64,000 bases of DNA, from the NCBI GenBank assembly GCA_902595425.1, contig CACJPV010000003.1, positions 78,401 through 142,400 of the forward strand. The letters run 5' to 3'. Source of the stretch: an uncultured Alphaproteobacteria bacterium. Lineage in GTDB: Bacteria > Pseudomonadota > Alphaproteobacteria > HIMB59 > GCA-002718135. Every line of letters starts with the position of its first letter. Position 1 is the stretch's first letter. Of the stretch, positions 41,704 to 52,111 are shown piece by piece. Both the position numbers and the translations under genes were made by a program. The notes beneath the pieces are model-generated. The model did not search any database. It was not told where the DNA came from and worked only from the letters and a program-made list of their open reading frames with translations.

Positions 41704-42114
41704 ATGATTAGTTATTGGCTTTTAAAATCTGAACCATCAACTTGGTCATGGGATGATCAAGAAAAGGCTGGTACAGATATGTGGGATGGTGTTAGAAATT
41801 ATCAGGCACGAAACAATCTAATGAAAATGAAAAAAAAAGATCTTTGTTTTTTTTACCACTCTGTTTCTGAAAAAATGATTATTGGTATTGTTGAGGTTGT
41901 AAAAGAGCATTATCCAGACCCAACAGATAAAACAGGTAGGTTTGTCGTAACAGATGTAAAAGCTAAAAAGAAACTAAAAAGAAGTGTTTCTCTTGAAGAA
42001 ATAAAATCTTCACCAAAACTATCTAATATACCATTAATCAAGCAGTCAAGATTATCGGTTATGCCTCTATCAAAAACAGAGTGGGAAACAATAATTAAAA
42101 TTTCAGAAAAATAA
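41704..42114 (+). CDS. EVE domain protein
   Basis: YWLLKSEP, WDGVRNYQARN, FFYHS, SRLSV.P. Confidence 0.95.
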   Translation: MISYWLLKSEPSTWSWDDQEKAGTDMWDGVRNYQARNNLMKMKKKDLCFFYHSVSEKMIIGIVEVVKEHYPDPTDKTGRFVVTDVKAKKKLKRSVSLEEIKSSPKLSNIPLIKQSRLSVMPLSKTEWETIIKISEK

Positions 42115-42191
42115 ATTAATATAAAATAACTATTTTACTTAAAAAAAAATAAAATATTGAAATTTTGTTATTTTAAATTACTCTGCAGATC

Positions 42192-44114
42192 ATGGAAATA
42201 AAAGATAATTGGATAAAAGAAGCAAAAATTGACTCAAATGGTTATGAAAACAAATATAAAAAATCAATAGATGATAATGATAGTTTTTGGAATGAAGAAG
42301 GTGAAAGAATAGATTGGATAAAAAAATATACCAAAATTAAGCAAATAAAATATTCAAAAGATGATGTGAATATTAAATGGTATTACGATGGAGTTCTTAA
42401 TGTTTCCTATAACTGTATAGACAGACACGCAAAAGATGACCCTGATAAAATTGCAATAATATGGGAGGGTGATGACCCCAATGATGTTAAAAAAATTAGT
42501 TATAAAGAGCTGCTAACAAATGTCTCTAAAGCTGCAAATGTGCTTAAAAAATTGGGAGTAAAAAAGGGGGACAGAGTTACAATATATTTAACAATGATTC
42601 CGGAGCTTGCTTACATGATGCTTGCTTGTGCAAGAATTGGGGCAGTTCATTCAATTATTTTTGGAGGATTTTCTGCAGACTCTATATCGGGAAGAATTTT
42701 AGATTGTAAGTCAGAGTTTGTAATAACGGCTGATGAGGGTATCAGAGGTGGAAAAAAAATACCTCTAAAGAAAATTATTGATACAGCTCTTTCCAACTGT
42801 CCTGATGTAAAAAAATGTTTAATCATAAAAAGAACTGCGGGGGATGTAAATCTTGTTCAAGGTCGTGATGTTTTTTATGATGATGAAGTTGTGGGAGTTA
42901 AAGAAGTTTGTGAGCCAGAAAAAATGTCTGCAGAAGATCCTCTTTTTATTCTTTATACATCTGGCTCTACAGGTAAACCGAAAGGTGTTCTCCACACCTC
43001 AGGTGGATATTTGGTCTATGCATCTATGACTCATGAATACATCTTTAACTACAAGAAAAATGATATCTATTGGTGCACAGCAGATATAGGGTGGGTTACA
43101 GGACATAGTTACATTATATACGGACCATTAAGCAATGGTGCTACTACTTTGATGTTTGAGGGCGTTCCAAACTATCCTGATTTTTCAAGATTTTGGCAAA
43201 TTGTCGATAAGCATGAGGTTAATATTTTTTATACAGCACCAACTGCAATCAGAGCGCTTATGCGAGAAGGCGATGATTATGTTAAAAAAACAAAAAGATC
43301 ATCTTTAAAACTTTTAGGAACGGTTGGTGAACCAATCAATCCTGAAGCGTGGAAATGGTATTATGAAGTGGTGGGTAATTCTAATTCACCAATTGTTGAC
43401 ACATGGTGGCAAACCGAAACCGGAGGTATTTTAATTTCTCCTCAAACAGGAGCTATTAAACTTAAACCAGGTTCTGCATCCAAACCTTTTTATGGAATTG
43501 AACCAGTTATAGTAAACAAAGATGGTGAAGTGCTTGAAGGTGAGTGTGAAGGAATGTTGTGCATGAATAGATCGTGGCCAGGACAGATGAGAACTGTTTA
43601 TGGTGATCATCAAAGATTTATAGATACTTATTTTTCACAATTTGATGGTAAATATTTTACAGGAGATGGGTGCAAAAGAGATGCTGATGGATATTATTGG
43701 ATAACAGGTAGGGTTGATGATGTAATCATTGTTTCGGGTCACAATTTAGGTACTGCTGAGATTGAGAGTGCGTTTGTTAGTCATCCAAAAGTTTCTGAGG
43801 CAGCAGTGGTAGGATACCCACATCAAATCAAAGGCAATGCTCTATATTGCTATGTTTCACTTAAAGCTGGGGAAGGTTATTCTGATGATCTTAAAGAAGA
43901 ACTAAAACAAACTGTAAGAAAAAAAATTGGACCTATCGCAACACCTGATTTGATACATTTTACGGCCGGGCTTCCAAAAACAAGGTCTGGTAAAATAATG
44001 AGAAGAATTCTCAGAAAAATAGCCGCAAATCAACATAATGAACTAGGAGATACAACCACATTAGCAGACCCGGGTGTTGTTGATGAGCTTGTAAAAAACA
44101 GATTAAATAAATAA
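42192..44114 (+). CDS. acs: Acetyl-CoA synthetase
   Basis: [32 protein letters not shown]. Confidence 0.98.
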   Translation: MEIKDNWIKEAKIDSNGYENKYKKSIDDNDSFWNEEGERIDWIKKYTKIKQIKYSKDDVNIKWYYDGVLNVSYNCIDRHAKDDPDKIAIIWEGDDPNDVKKISYKELLTNVSKAANVLKKLGVKKGDRVTIYLTMIPELAYMMLACARIGAVHSIIFGGFSADSISGRILDCKSEFVITADEGIRGGKKIPLKKIIDTALSNCPDVKKCLIIKRTAGDVNLVQGRDVFYDDEVVGVKEVCEPEKMSAEDPLFILYTSGSTGKPKGVLHTSGGYLVYASMTHEYIFNYKKNDIYWCTADIGWVTGHSYIIYGPLSNGATTLMFEGVPNYPDFSRFWQIVDKHEVNIFYTAPTAIRALMREGDDYVKKTKRSSLKLLGTVGEPINPEAWKWYYEVVGNSNSPIVDTWWQTETGGILISPQTGAIKLKPGSASKPFYGIEPVIVNKDGEVLEGECEGMLCMNRSWPGQMRTVYGDHQRFIDTYFSQFDGKYFTGDGCKRDADGYYWITGRVDDVIIVSGHNLGTAEIESAFVSHPKVSEAAVVGYPHQIKGNALYCYVSLKAGEGYSDDLKEELKQTVRKKIGPIATPDLIHFTAGLPKTRSGKIMRRILRKIAANQHNELGDTTTLADPGVVDELVKNRLNK

Positions 44115-44115
44115 A

Positions 44116-44667
44116 TTATCTAGGAGACCAGTGTTTTAAGCAACGAGGTTCATAAATATTTGCTGCGCCTACCTGAGTTCTGCCTCCTCCTTCCTGTTTT
44201 CTGTATGTTTTAGTGGCTTCCATTCCACAAACATTACAAAAACCATAAATCTTTAAAATTTTATCAGACAAACCTAAAATCATTGAAGATGTTTCCCAAG
44301 GTTTTCCTCTTGAATCCTGATCTAAACCCGCACAAACAACGTCAATACCCTCATTTAATATTAATTCGATATTTTTAAGCGTATCAAGAGTATCTAAGAA
44401 CTGTATTTCATCAACAAATACCATATCAATGTTATCTTTTTTAAAAGAATATTTTTTTTTAACATCATCCCAATTCTGCATACTGAAGCACTCATGACTT
44501 AAGTCATTATGTGTTATAATTTTTGATTCTGAATACCTGTTATCTAAGCTAGGCTTAATAACAACAATTTTCTTATTTTGATGATTTGCCCAGAGTATTC
44601 TTTTTAACAACTCGCTTGTTTTGCCTGCAAACATTGCTCCAACAATTGTTTCTAGCGACCCTCTCAT
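44116..44667 (-). CDS. tdk: Thymidine kinase
   Basis: GAMFAGKTSEL, VDEIQF, AGLDQD, C..CG and YEPRC..H Zn site. Confidence 0.93.
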   Translation of the reverse strand: MRGSLETIVGAMFAGKTSELLKRILWANHQNKKIVVIKPSLDNRYSESKIITHNDLSHECFSMQNWDDVKKKYSFKKDNIDMVFVDEIQFLDTLDTLKNIELILNEGIDVVCAGLDQDSRGKPWETSSMILGLSDKILKIYGFCNVCGMEATKTYRKQEGGGRTQVGAANIYEPRCLKHWSPR

Positions 44668-45818
44668 TAATTTTCCTTTATGTTGTTTTTTATCAACTCA
44701 ATCATAGTTTTTATTCTAATATTTTTAACACACCCAACAGGATTGAAATAAAATTTTGAATTTATATCTTTTTTGTCCCACCTTTGTAAACTTTTAAAGC
44801 TATCTAAAGATTTAATTTTTTCAAAAGACATTTTGTTTGTTTCGTAACAACCCACATTACCATTATAAGAAAACAAATCAACTAATCCACAAGGTCCATC
44901 ACAATAATTTGATTTATAAATATTCTTAATAGTAAAAATATTTTTATAATTAGAAAGAACAATTTCACTGCCCACGCTGGTTTCAATAAAAAAACCTTTT
45001 TTGTTAAAAATTTTTGCAACGTGCAAGGGGCCTGAGTCAATAAAAATACCACACCATATTTTAGATATTTCCTCAATTAGTGATTCTGTGTTTTTTGGGT
45101 TAATAATAGAAATTTTTTTATTAATTTTTTTGTCTATAAGATATTTTGAATAACTAGAATTATCTATAATTATTTTAATTTTATACTGATCACTAAAAGT
45201 ATCTATAATTTTATTTAATATAGAGTAAGGCATGCTTCTAATAGTTGATGTGGAAACTGGAAATATTGAAATTGTTTTTTTGTAATTATCTCTTTTTTTG
45301 TAATTACTTAATTTAAAATCAAGAAGCGGAACATTAAAATATTTAGAAATTTCCATAGCTATATTTGATCTTTTATATTTTTGAAATTTAAATGGCCCAA
45401 CCTCTTTTGTTAGGTGAAATATTGTTTCGTAATTTTTAATTTGATCTTCAGAAATCAGAAGCGGGTAAACATTTTTAAATAAAAAAAATTCTTTAAAAAC
45501 AAATGTATATTTACTGCAAAACGCTATGCCAATGTCAAAAAATTTATTGCTTTTTATTAATGAATTAATAGCAATACTGTATTCTATTGCATCGCCTAGA
45601 CCAAAATTTGGAGGCAAACACAATAATATCTTTCTGCCTATTGCGTTAATACGCAATCTATTTTCTTGTTTTAGGAAACAAAAATTCTGATTTTTGTTTC
45701 TATTTTTTAATTCTTTCCATAAAGCTGTATCTTTAGAATAATATTTTTTATTTGGCTCAATTTTGTTAGACGAAAATATAAGTGGGTCTTTTAATAATGA
45801 AAAACTAAAAAAACCCAT
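44667..45818 (-). CDS. GT9-like glycosyltransferase
   Basis: PPNFGLGDAI and FIDSGPLHVA GT9 motifs, C.GPCG; start uncertain (ATG 45818 or 45833); stop overlaps the tdk ATG (TAATG). Confidence 0.65.
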   Translation of the reverse strand: MGFFSFSLLKDPLIFSSNKIEPNKKYYSKDTALWKELKNRNKNQNFCFLKQENRLRINAIGRKILLCLPPNFGLGDAIEYSIAINSLIKSNKFFDIGIAFCSKYTFVFKEFFLFKNVYPLLISEDQIKNYETIFHLTKEVGPFKFQKYKRSNIAMEISKYFNVPLLDFKLSNYKKRDNYKKTISIFPVSTSTIRSMPYSILNKIIDTFSDQYKIKIIIDNSSYSKYLIDKKINKKISIINPKNTESLIEEISKIWCGIFIDSGPLHVAKIFNKKGFFIETSVGSEIVLSNYKNIFTIKNIYKSNYCDGPCGLVDLFSYNGNVGCYETNKMSFEKIKSLDSFKSLQRWDKKDINSKFYFNPVGCVKNIRIKTMIELIKNNIKEN

Positions 45819-45837
45819 ATGTATATATAACATTATT

Positions 45838-47103
45838 ATGACAAAGAGCGTAAAAATAAGAAAGATAATTTTTGAAATTCTATACGAAATCTTTAAACGA
45901 AATAATAACTTTGAAGAAAGTTTCAAAAATAATACAAAAAATATTTCACTTAACTATCAAGAAACATCGATGATTTATAATATTGTTTTAAATAGTATGA
46001 GGAACAATTTTTTTATTGAAAGTATCTTAAATAAATATTTAAAAGAAAAAACTAGTTACAAAATTAAAATATTATTATTTTCTGCCATAACTCAAATTTT
46101 ATATCTAGATTTCAAAGATTATGCTGTAACTAACGACACTGTTGAAGTTGCAAAAATTAAAAAACTTAACCCTGGATTAATTAACTCCTTACTAAAAAAC
46201 ATAATTAGAAACAGAGAATCAATAAACAAAAGAGAAATACACAAATCATCAATTCCTATTTGGTTTTCAAAAGCTTTAAAAAAATTAAATATTGACTCGT
46301 ATAGGTTTTTTAAAAATATATGTCAGGAGCCTTCATTGCATTTGGTTTTTAAAGACAAAAAATACACAAATTCATTTATAGAAAATTGTTTTAAAACAAC
46401 TGAGGTTTCTATTTTTATAAAAAACAAAAAGAAAATTTTAGATATTGAAAATTTTCAAAAAGGAGAATGGTGGGTTCAAGATTTAGCATCAATGCTTCCT
46501 ATTTATCTTTCTCCAGAGTTCAGGTCTAAAAATATTTTAGATATGTGTTCCGCTCCAGGTGGAAAAGCTTTTCAATTACTATCACTAAAAAACAACGTGG
46601 TTTTAAATGATAAAAGTTTAAAAAGAATAAATCTGCTTAAAAAAAATTTAAAAAGATTAAAATTTGACTGTGAAATAACAAATGTTAACGCCTTAAATAT
46701 TATGGAAGATAAAAAATTTGATGTTGTTATTTTAGACTCACCTTGCTCAGGCATTGGAACAGTTAGACGTAATCCTGAAATTTTTTTTAAACACAAACCA
46801 CCCGATTTTACCTATTTAGTAAACTTACAATTGAAATTGTTAAATAAGGCTTCTAGGCTTCTAAAAAGTGGTGGCGTGCTTACATACATGGTGTGCTCAT
46901 TTATATTTGAAGAAACAAAGCTAATAAAAAATAAATTCTTAGACTCAAATCCTCAATTTACACAGTTTAAATTCGACCTTAACAATCAAGCAAGTTTTAA
47001 AAAGTTTGTAGACTCAGATGGTGATTTCTACTGTATTCCTACTAAATACAAAAACTATATGATTGATGGTTTTTATGCAGTAAAATTTATAAAAAATGAT
47101 TAA
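45838..47103 (+). CDS. rsmB: RsmB/NOL1/Sun family RNA m5C methyltransferase
   Basis: WWVQD, LDMCSAPGGK, DSPCSGIGTVRRNPE, YMVCS...EE, DGFY; start set at ATG 45838. Confidence 0.88.
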   Translation: MTKSVKIRKIIFEILYEIFKRNNNFEESFKNNTKNISLNYQETSMIYNIVLNSMRNNFFIESILNKYLKEKTSYKIKILLFSAITQILYLDFKDYAVTNDTVEVAKIKKLNPGLINSLLKNIIRNRESINKREIHKSSIPIWFSKALKKLNIDSYRFFKNICQEPSLHLVFKDKKYTNSFIENCFKTTEVSIFIKNKKKILDIENFQKGEWWVQDLASMLPIYLSPEFRSKNILDMCSAPGGKAFQLLSLKNNVVLNDKSLKRINLLKKNLKRLKFDCEITNVNALNIMEDKKFDVVILDSPCSGIGTVRRNPEIFFKHKPPDFTYLVNLQLKLLNKASRLLKSGGVLTYMVCSFIFEETKLIKNKFLDSNPQFTQFKFDLNNQASFKKFVDSDGDFYCIPTKYKNYMIDGFYAVKFIKND

Positions 47104-48646
47104 AGTCTTTTTTCAAAATCTGTCTAAATTTTTTTATTTATTGATGCTAAGAGTTTTACCCAACATGCATAAGTATAAAAACTTTAAAGATCTTAACTTT
47201 AAACAAAACGACTTTACTAATTACAGAGTTGTTAAACACTATATTTTAAAAGAAAATTTTATTCATAATATTTCCATTTTAAATATACATTCATTTGACT
47301 TTTTATTATTTTATCAGAAACTGGGAGGAAAAAAAGGCATTGAGCTATCCAAAAAAAATATTTTTTTATGGTTTAAAAAATTTAAGTATGAAAAAAATTT
47401 CCCCTGGACTTATGACTATGCGTCAAAAAGATTAATAAATATAATTTATAACTATGATTTTATTTGCTCAATTCTTGATGAGAAAGATATTAAGTTTTTA
47501 GATTATATTCTAAACTTCCACATAAAAAGGATAATTTTTGATTTAAAAAGAAAAGATAAAGAAAATATTTCTTCATTTGAAGTTTTGGCGCTACTTTTAA
47601 TAGAGACTCGTAAAGACATTTTAAATAAAAATATAATAAAAAAAATCGAAGATATAATTTTTTTTCAAATTGATGAAAATTCCATGCATAAAAGTTATAA
47701 TTTATTAGAACATACAAAATTTTTAAATAATTTAATTGAAATTAGAAACATTTTTTTATTTTATGATTTAGAAATTCCAAATGTCATTAATAGAAATATT
47801 CTTGCTATGACCTCAATACTAAAAAACTATTTGCATGACGATTTATCACTTCCTTTATTTAATGGATGTAACAATAATCACAATAAATCACTACAAAAAA
47901 TTTACGAGAAAGAACAATTTTTAGTGAAAAAAGATTTTGAAAATTTTAAAAATGGTATTGCTGTTTATAAAGACTCACAAAAAACACTTTTTTTTGATGC
48001 TGTACAACCAACTAGACACATGTTTCAGAAAGATTTAAGTGCTGGGACTTTATCTGTTGAATTTAGCGCTGAAGGTGAAAAAATTATTACTAATTGTGGT
48101 GGCACAGAGATACTGGGAAAAAATCCTGGATATCTAAAATACAGCGCCGCACACTCAACAATTATAATTAATAATACAAATATAAGTGAAATAAATGAAG
48201 ATAATATTAATAAACAATTTCCAAAAAAAGTTTTTTTTGAGTCACAAAAAGACAGTGATGAAAATTTTTTATCAGCAAGTCATAACGGCTACCAAAAAAA
48301 CTATAGAAAGATTTGCAAAAGAAATTTATTTATAAATTTAAAAAAAGGCTTAATTAAAGGTGAAGATACAATTATATCTACAAAATCAAATGTCGATAAA
48401 ATTGTTTTTCATATTAGATTTCATTTGATGCCACAAATTTCAACCACTATAACAGAAAGCAAAAAAAATTTAATAGTAAGAACAAAAAAAAATAAAATGT
48501 GGTTATTCAAATCTGACAAGGAAATAATGGTAGAAAAAAGTATTTATGTTGAAAATGATAGAGCTATAGAAACATCACAAATTGTTATAGGTGGAATTAC
48601 ATCTTCCTTAAGAGATAAAATAAAATGGTCACTAGAAAAAATGTAA
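47096..48646 (+). CDS. Heparinase II/III family protein
   Basis: LPLFNG, AGTLSVEFS, IITNCG, AAHSTI, ASHNGY, IRFHL.P; rsmB/heparinase/purH synteny. Confidence 0.8.
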   Translation: MIKVFFQNLSKFFYLLMLRVLPNMHKYKNFKDLNFKQNDFTNYRVVKHYILKENFIHNISILNIHSFDFLLFYQKLGGKKGIELSKKNIFLWFKKFKYEKNFPWTYDYASKRLINIIYNYDFICSILDEKDIKFLDYILNFHIKRIIFDLKRKDKENISSFEVLALLLIETRKDILNKNIIKKIEDIIFFQIDENSMHKSYNLLEHTKFLNNLIEIRNIFLFYDLEIPNVINRNILAMTSILKNYLHDDLSLPLFNGCNNNHNKSLQKIYEKEQFLVKKDFENFKNGIAVYKDSQKTLFFDAVQPTRHMFQKDLSAGTLSVEFSAEGEKIITNCGGTEILGKNPGYLKYSAAHSTIIINNTNISEINEDNINKQFPKKVFFESQKDSDENFLSASHNGYQKNYRKICKRNLFINLKKGLIKGEDTIISTKSNVDKIVFHIRFHLMPQISTTITESKKNLIVRTKKNKMWLFKSDKEIMVEKSIYVENDRAIETSQIVIGGITSSLRDKIKWSLEKM

Positions 48647-50145
48647 ATAGCTATGCTCTTATTTCTGTATATGATAAGACGTCTATAAGAAAAATTTGTT
48701 CAGTTTTAAAAAAATATAATATTGGAATAGTTTCTACAGGCTCTACTGCAAAAAAAATAACTTCATTAGGATACAATTGCACAGAAATTTCAAAGATCAC
48801 TAAATTTAGAGAAATTCTAAATGGAAGAGTAAAAACTCTAAACCCAAAAATTCATGCTTCAATTTTGTTTAAAAGAAATGATGCTACGCACCAACAAACA
48901 TTTAAAGGCTTAAAATTTCCAAAAATTGATTATGTAATAGTTAATCTTTATCCTTTTAATAAAGTTTCAGACAGTGAACGCCACTCAAAAAAAATTGATA
49001 TGATTGACATTGGGGGGCCTGCATTAATAAGATCTGCAAGTAAAAATTTTGAGTTTGTTACGACTGTATGTGAGAAAAAACATTATGATAAATTCATAGC
49101 AGAATTAAAAAGAAATAATGGAAAAACCACTTTTGCTTTTAGAAAAAAAATGGCTAAGTATAATTTTAAATTGACAAGTCAATATGATTTATCAATTTTT
49201 AGATGGTTAAATAAAAATAATAAAAATAATATAAAGGAAAACAAAATCAAAATTAAATATGGTGAAAACCCTAATCAAAAAGCTTATTTCATAAACAAAA
49301 ATAAAAAAAATATTTTTAATGCCAAGATCTGTGGCAAAGATCTTGGATACAATAATATTTTAGATGTAAATGACGGTCTAAATTGCTTGAGTGAATTTAA
49401 TGAGCCAACTTGTGTAATTGTTAAACATAACAATCCATGTGGTGTAGGATCAGCAAAAAATATAAATAAAGCTTATATTAAAGCTTTAGAATCAGATCCC
49501 ATTAGTGCTTATGGTGGAGTTGTTCTACTTAATAAAAAAGTAAATCATAGCCTGGCAGGAATATTAAAACGTAAATTTTTTGAGATAATAGTAGCGCCAT
49601 CATTTGAACGAAAATCACTTGAAATATTGCAGTCCAAAAAAAATTTGATAATAATTGATTCCTCCAAACTAAAAAAACATCCCTTGATAAATTTTAGATC
49701 TTTAGGAGATGGTGTTTTGTATCAAGAAACAAACAAATTTAAAGTTTCAAAAAATACTATTAAATTAGTTACAGATAAGAAATCATCTGAGAAAACTACT
49801 GATGACTTAATATTTGCTTACAAGGTTGCCAAGCACGTAAAATCTAATGCTGTTGTTTTTGTCAAAAATAAACAAACAATTGGTATTGGTGCAGGACAGA
49901 TGAGTCGTATAGACTCAACAAGATTAGCCATAATGAAATATAAAGATTTTTTTAAAGGCAGAGCTTTTGTGTGTGCATCTGATGCTTTTTTTCCTTTTGT
50001 AGACAGTGTTAAAAAATTACTTAATCTTAAATGCAAAGCAATAATTCAGCCAAGTGGCTCAAAAAATGATAAAAAAATCATAGATTACGTAAAAAATCAT
50101 AATTCCTCTCTTTATTTTGTAAAAAATAGAGTATTTAAACACTAG
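48625..50145 (+). CDS. purH: Bifunctional AICAR transformylase/IMP cyclohydrolase
   Basis: ALISVYDK, GRVKTL.PKIH, IDIGGP, YGENPNQ, KHNNPCG, SDAFFPF. Confidence 0.97.
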   Translation: MVTRKNVNSYALISVYDKTSIRKICSVLKKYNIGIVSTGSTAKKITSLGYNCTEISKITKFREILNGRVKTLNPKIHASILFKRNDATHQQTFKGLKFPKIDYVIVNLYPFNKVSDSERHSKKIDMIDIGGPALIRSASKNFEFVTTVCEKKHYDKFIAELKRNNGKTTFAFRKKMAKYNFKLTSQYDLSIFRWLNKNNKNNIKENKIKIKYGENPNQKAYFINKNKKNIFNAKICGKDLGYNNILDVNDGLNCLSEFNEPTCVIVKHNNPCGVGSAKNINKAYIKALESDPISAYGGVVLLNKKVNHSLAGILKRKFFEIIVAPSFERKSLEILQSKKNLIIIDSSKLKKHPLINFRSLGDGVLYQETNKFKVSKNTIKLVTDKKSSEKTTDDLIFAYKVAKHVKSNAVVFVKNKQTIGIGAGQMSRIDSTRLAIMKYKDFFKGRAFVCASDAFFPFVDSVKKLLNLKCKAIIQPSGSKNDKKIIDYVKNHNSSLYFVKNRVFKH

Positions 50146-50151
50146 TAATTT

Positions 50152-50322
50152 ATGAACCTTGATTACCTAAATTTACTTTTAAAAAAGTTTCCTGGAATTG
50201 CAAGTGGTAGAAAAAACTTTGATTATTTTGAAAGCAGAATTAAAAAAAATATTTTATTAGCCGCTAATTATAAAAAAAAAAAGAAAAAAATAAAATCAAA
50301 TAATTTATATAAATCTTGTTAA
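50152..50322 (+). CDS. Putative 56-aa basic small protein
   Basis: Open frame MNLDYLNLLLKKFPGIASGRKNFDYFESRIKKNILLAANYKKKKKKIKSNNLYKSC fills the purH-to-oxygenase gap; no clear SD. Confidence 0.35.
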   Translation: MNLDYLNLLLKKFPGIASGRKNFDYFESRIKKNILLAANYKKKKKKIKSNNLYKSC

Positions 50323-50342
50323 TTTTATAATAATACACTTTT

Positions 50343-50930
50343 ATGCATTTATTTTTTTCTACACCAATCTGGACATCAAAAATTGATAATTACGAGATAG
50401 TTAACCTTGAGATGCTAAAATACATAACCGATTTGCAAAAAAACGACCCTGATGGAATTGTTAAAAGTAACTTTAAAGGGTGGCACTCTAAAAATTTTGA
50501 TATGAAAAATGAACAAGCCAAAAACTTTATAGAGGCTATAAAAAACAATATTAATATAGCGCTTAATGACATGGGTTGGGATTTAGAAAAACAGACGGTC
50601 AAAATTAAAAGTTTATGGGCAATAATTAATAAGAAAGATGCTTGGAATCAAAAACACCACCACAGCAATAGTGACTTAAGTGCTGCCTATTATGTTGCTG
50701 CTCATGATAATTGTGGGGATATTGTGTTTTATGATCCTAGACCTGCGCCTGTTCATAATCACCCATTGTCTAAATCTCCAAATAATTTAAACGCCACAGT
50801 AAACTCAATAAAACCAGAGCCGGGCATGCTGGTTCTTTTTCCAAGCTATCTAGAGCATTCAGTTAATCCAAATTTATCAGATAAGGAAAGAATAGTTATA
50901 AGCTTTAATATTTCTTTAGAAAAAAACTAG
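50343..50930 (+). CDS. TIGR02466-type 2OG-Fe(II) oxygenase
   Basis: SN.KGWHS, W.IIN, HHH.NS.LSAAYYV, F.DPR, FPSYLEHSV, RIVISFN. Confidence 0.88.
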   Translation: MHLFFSTPIWTSKIDNYEIVNLEMLKYITDLQKNDPDGIVKSNFKGWHSKNFDMKNEQAKNFIEAIKNNINIALNDMGWDLEKQTVKIKSLWAIINKKDAWNQKHHHSNSDLSAAYYVAAHDNCGDIVFYDPRPAPVHNHPLSKSPNNLNATVNSIKPEPGMLVLFPSYLEHSVNPNLSDKERIVISFNISLEKN

Positions 50931-50956
50931 AATAAGCTTTGCTAAGCTTTAAAATT

Positions 50957-51682
50957 CTATTTCTTTTTAATTTCATTAAGAAAACTTTCTATATCTACGT
51001 TTTTTTCTTGAAGAGTATTGATAATTTTCTTTCCAATAATTCCTACAAAATGAAAAAAACTTGGATTTGGTATTTTTTTTGCATTATGCAAAAAGGGCAT
51101 ATAATTCCATTTATAATCTAGCTCTGAAAAAATTTCATTATTTTGAATTATAAATTCATTTAGTAGCATATTATCAGAATTTTTACCTTTTGCTCTTTTT
51201 TTTAGCTCTAATCTTTTAATCATATAATGATGAAGTTTTTTAGCCGTTACTCTGTCGCAAAAAGTAACACCTGAATTAAAATAGCCGTAAGAGCTGTCTA
51301 AACTGTTTACTTCCCTAAAAATATTTGATGAATTTCCCTCGGGTTCTCTAACATTCATCAAACCGCTAATTTTAGGAAGCGGTTCAGCATTTGGAAAAAT
51401 ATAGACATCATTATCTAAATAAATTGTATAATCATAATCGTTATCAAAATGAAAATATCTTTCAAAAGAGTAGTGTTTATTTTTAGAAGCTAAAAAATCA
51501 AAGTTTCCAAATTTTTTTTTATAAGTGCTTTCCTTCACTATTTTGTAGTCATACTTAAATTTTTTACAATAAGTCCTAACTGATGGTATAAAGATTTCTC
51601 TTATGGGATTAATTGTTTTGCTGTTTCCCCATTGGGTGCCATCTCCTATATCTATTTGTATAATTAAGAAGTTAGATTTCAT
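50957..51682 (-). CDS. GT-A (nucleotide-diphospho-sugar) glycosyltransferase
   Basis: YLDNDV (DxD), FNSGV, DN.LLN, KWNY, FFHFVG; start set at ATG 51682 because the TTG at 51751 lies inside the att remnant. Confidence 0.75.
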   Translation of the reverse strand: MKSNFLIIQIDIGDGTQWGNSKTINPIREIFIPSVRTYCKKFKYDYKIVKESTYKKKFGNFDFLASKNKHYSFERYFHFDNDYDYTIYLDNDVYIFPNAEPLPKISGLMNVREPEGNSSNIFREVNSLDSSYGYFNSGVTFCDRVTAKKLHHYMIKRLELKKRAKGKNSDNMLLNEFIIQNNEIFSELDYKWNYMPFLHNAKKIPNPSFFHFVGIIGKKIINTLQEKNVDIESFLNEIKKK

Positions 51683-51740
51683 AGAGTTTTTAACTATATC
51701 ATTAATCTTCCATAATTTGAAAAATTTCAAAACAAATGGA

Positions 51741-51761
51741 AACCTTGGCAAGGTTATTCGA
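51741..51761 (-). repeat. Degenerate att remnant: tRNA-Gly anticodon arm plus ATTCGA
   Basis: AACCTTGGCAAGGTTATTCGA is identical to 51900-51920; the first 15 bp match the tRNA anticodon stem-loop. Confidence 0.8.
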
Positions 51762-51822
51762 ATTCGAAATGCCCAAGAATATCTTGCTAAATGATGTTTT
51801 AAAAAACTTAGATTTTAGATGA

Positions 51823-51841
51823 AGTGCCGATATAGTGCCGA
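51823..51841. repeat. AGTGCCGA direct-repeat pair, 11-bp period (arm-type-like site, element 3)
   Basis: AGTGCCGA-TAT-AGTGCCGA. Confidence 0.7.
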
Positions 51842-51865
51842 CAGAATTTTAAATAACTTAAGATT

Positions 51866-51914
51866 TGGAGCGGGCGAAGGGATTCGAACCCTCGACTTCA
51901 ACCTTGGCAAGGTT
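51866..51914 (-). repeat. tRNA-Gly 3'-half duplication (att site, 49 bp)
   Basis: Identical to 55150-55198; lacks the D-arm and 5' acceptor strand. Confidence 0.95.
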
Positions 51915-51982
51915 ATTCGATACAAACTAACAAAGAGAATACCTTAAAAAATTATTTAAAATATTAGGAAATTATTAATCGA

Positions 51983-52001
51983 ACTTGGACGTACGTTGGA
52001 C
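51983..52001. repeat. TTGGAC direct-repeat pair, left end of element 2
   Basis: ACTTGGACGTACGTTGGAC, 18/19 identical to 52301-52319. Confidence 0.8.
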
Positions 52002-52051
52002 TTAAAAATATTAAATATATTAACATGTTGTCAGATTAATATATAAGTAAC

Positions 52052-52107
52052 TCGTCCTGATTTAGATACTCTAATTGCTGGGACAAAAAACAAAACGCTA
52101 AAGGAGA
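52052..52107 (+). promoter_or_regulatory. SAM-II-like riboswitch
   Basis: GTCC(P1)-TGATTT-...-CTCT-AA-TTGC-T-GGGAC(P1')-A-rich linker-GCTAAA-GGAG(SD)-5 nt-ATG reproduces the SAM-II pseudoknot landmarks; CTCT can pair with the SD. Confidence 0.75.
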
Positions 52108-52111
52108 CTAA

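Noticed and set aside
45763-45926. Apparent 164-bp overlap of divergent GT9-like and rsmB ORFs
   Set aside because: Result of longest-ORF start calling; internal ATGs (45818 or 45833, and 45838) remove the overlap
51683-51751. N-terminal extension of the GT-A ORF starting inside the att remnant
   Set aside because: The TTG start lies in the anticodon palindrome with no SD; ATG 51682 is more plausible
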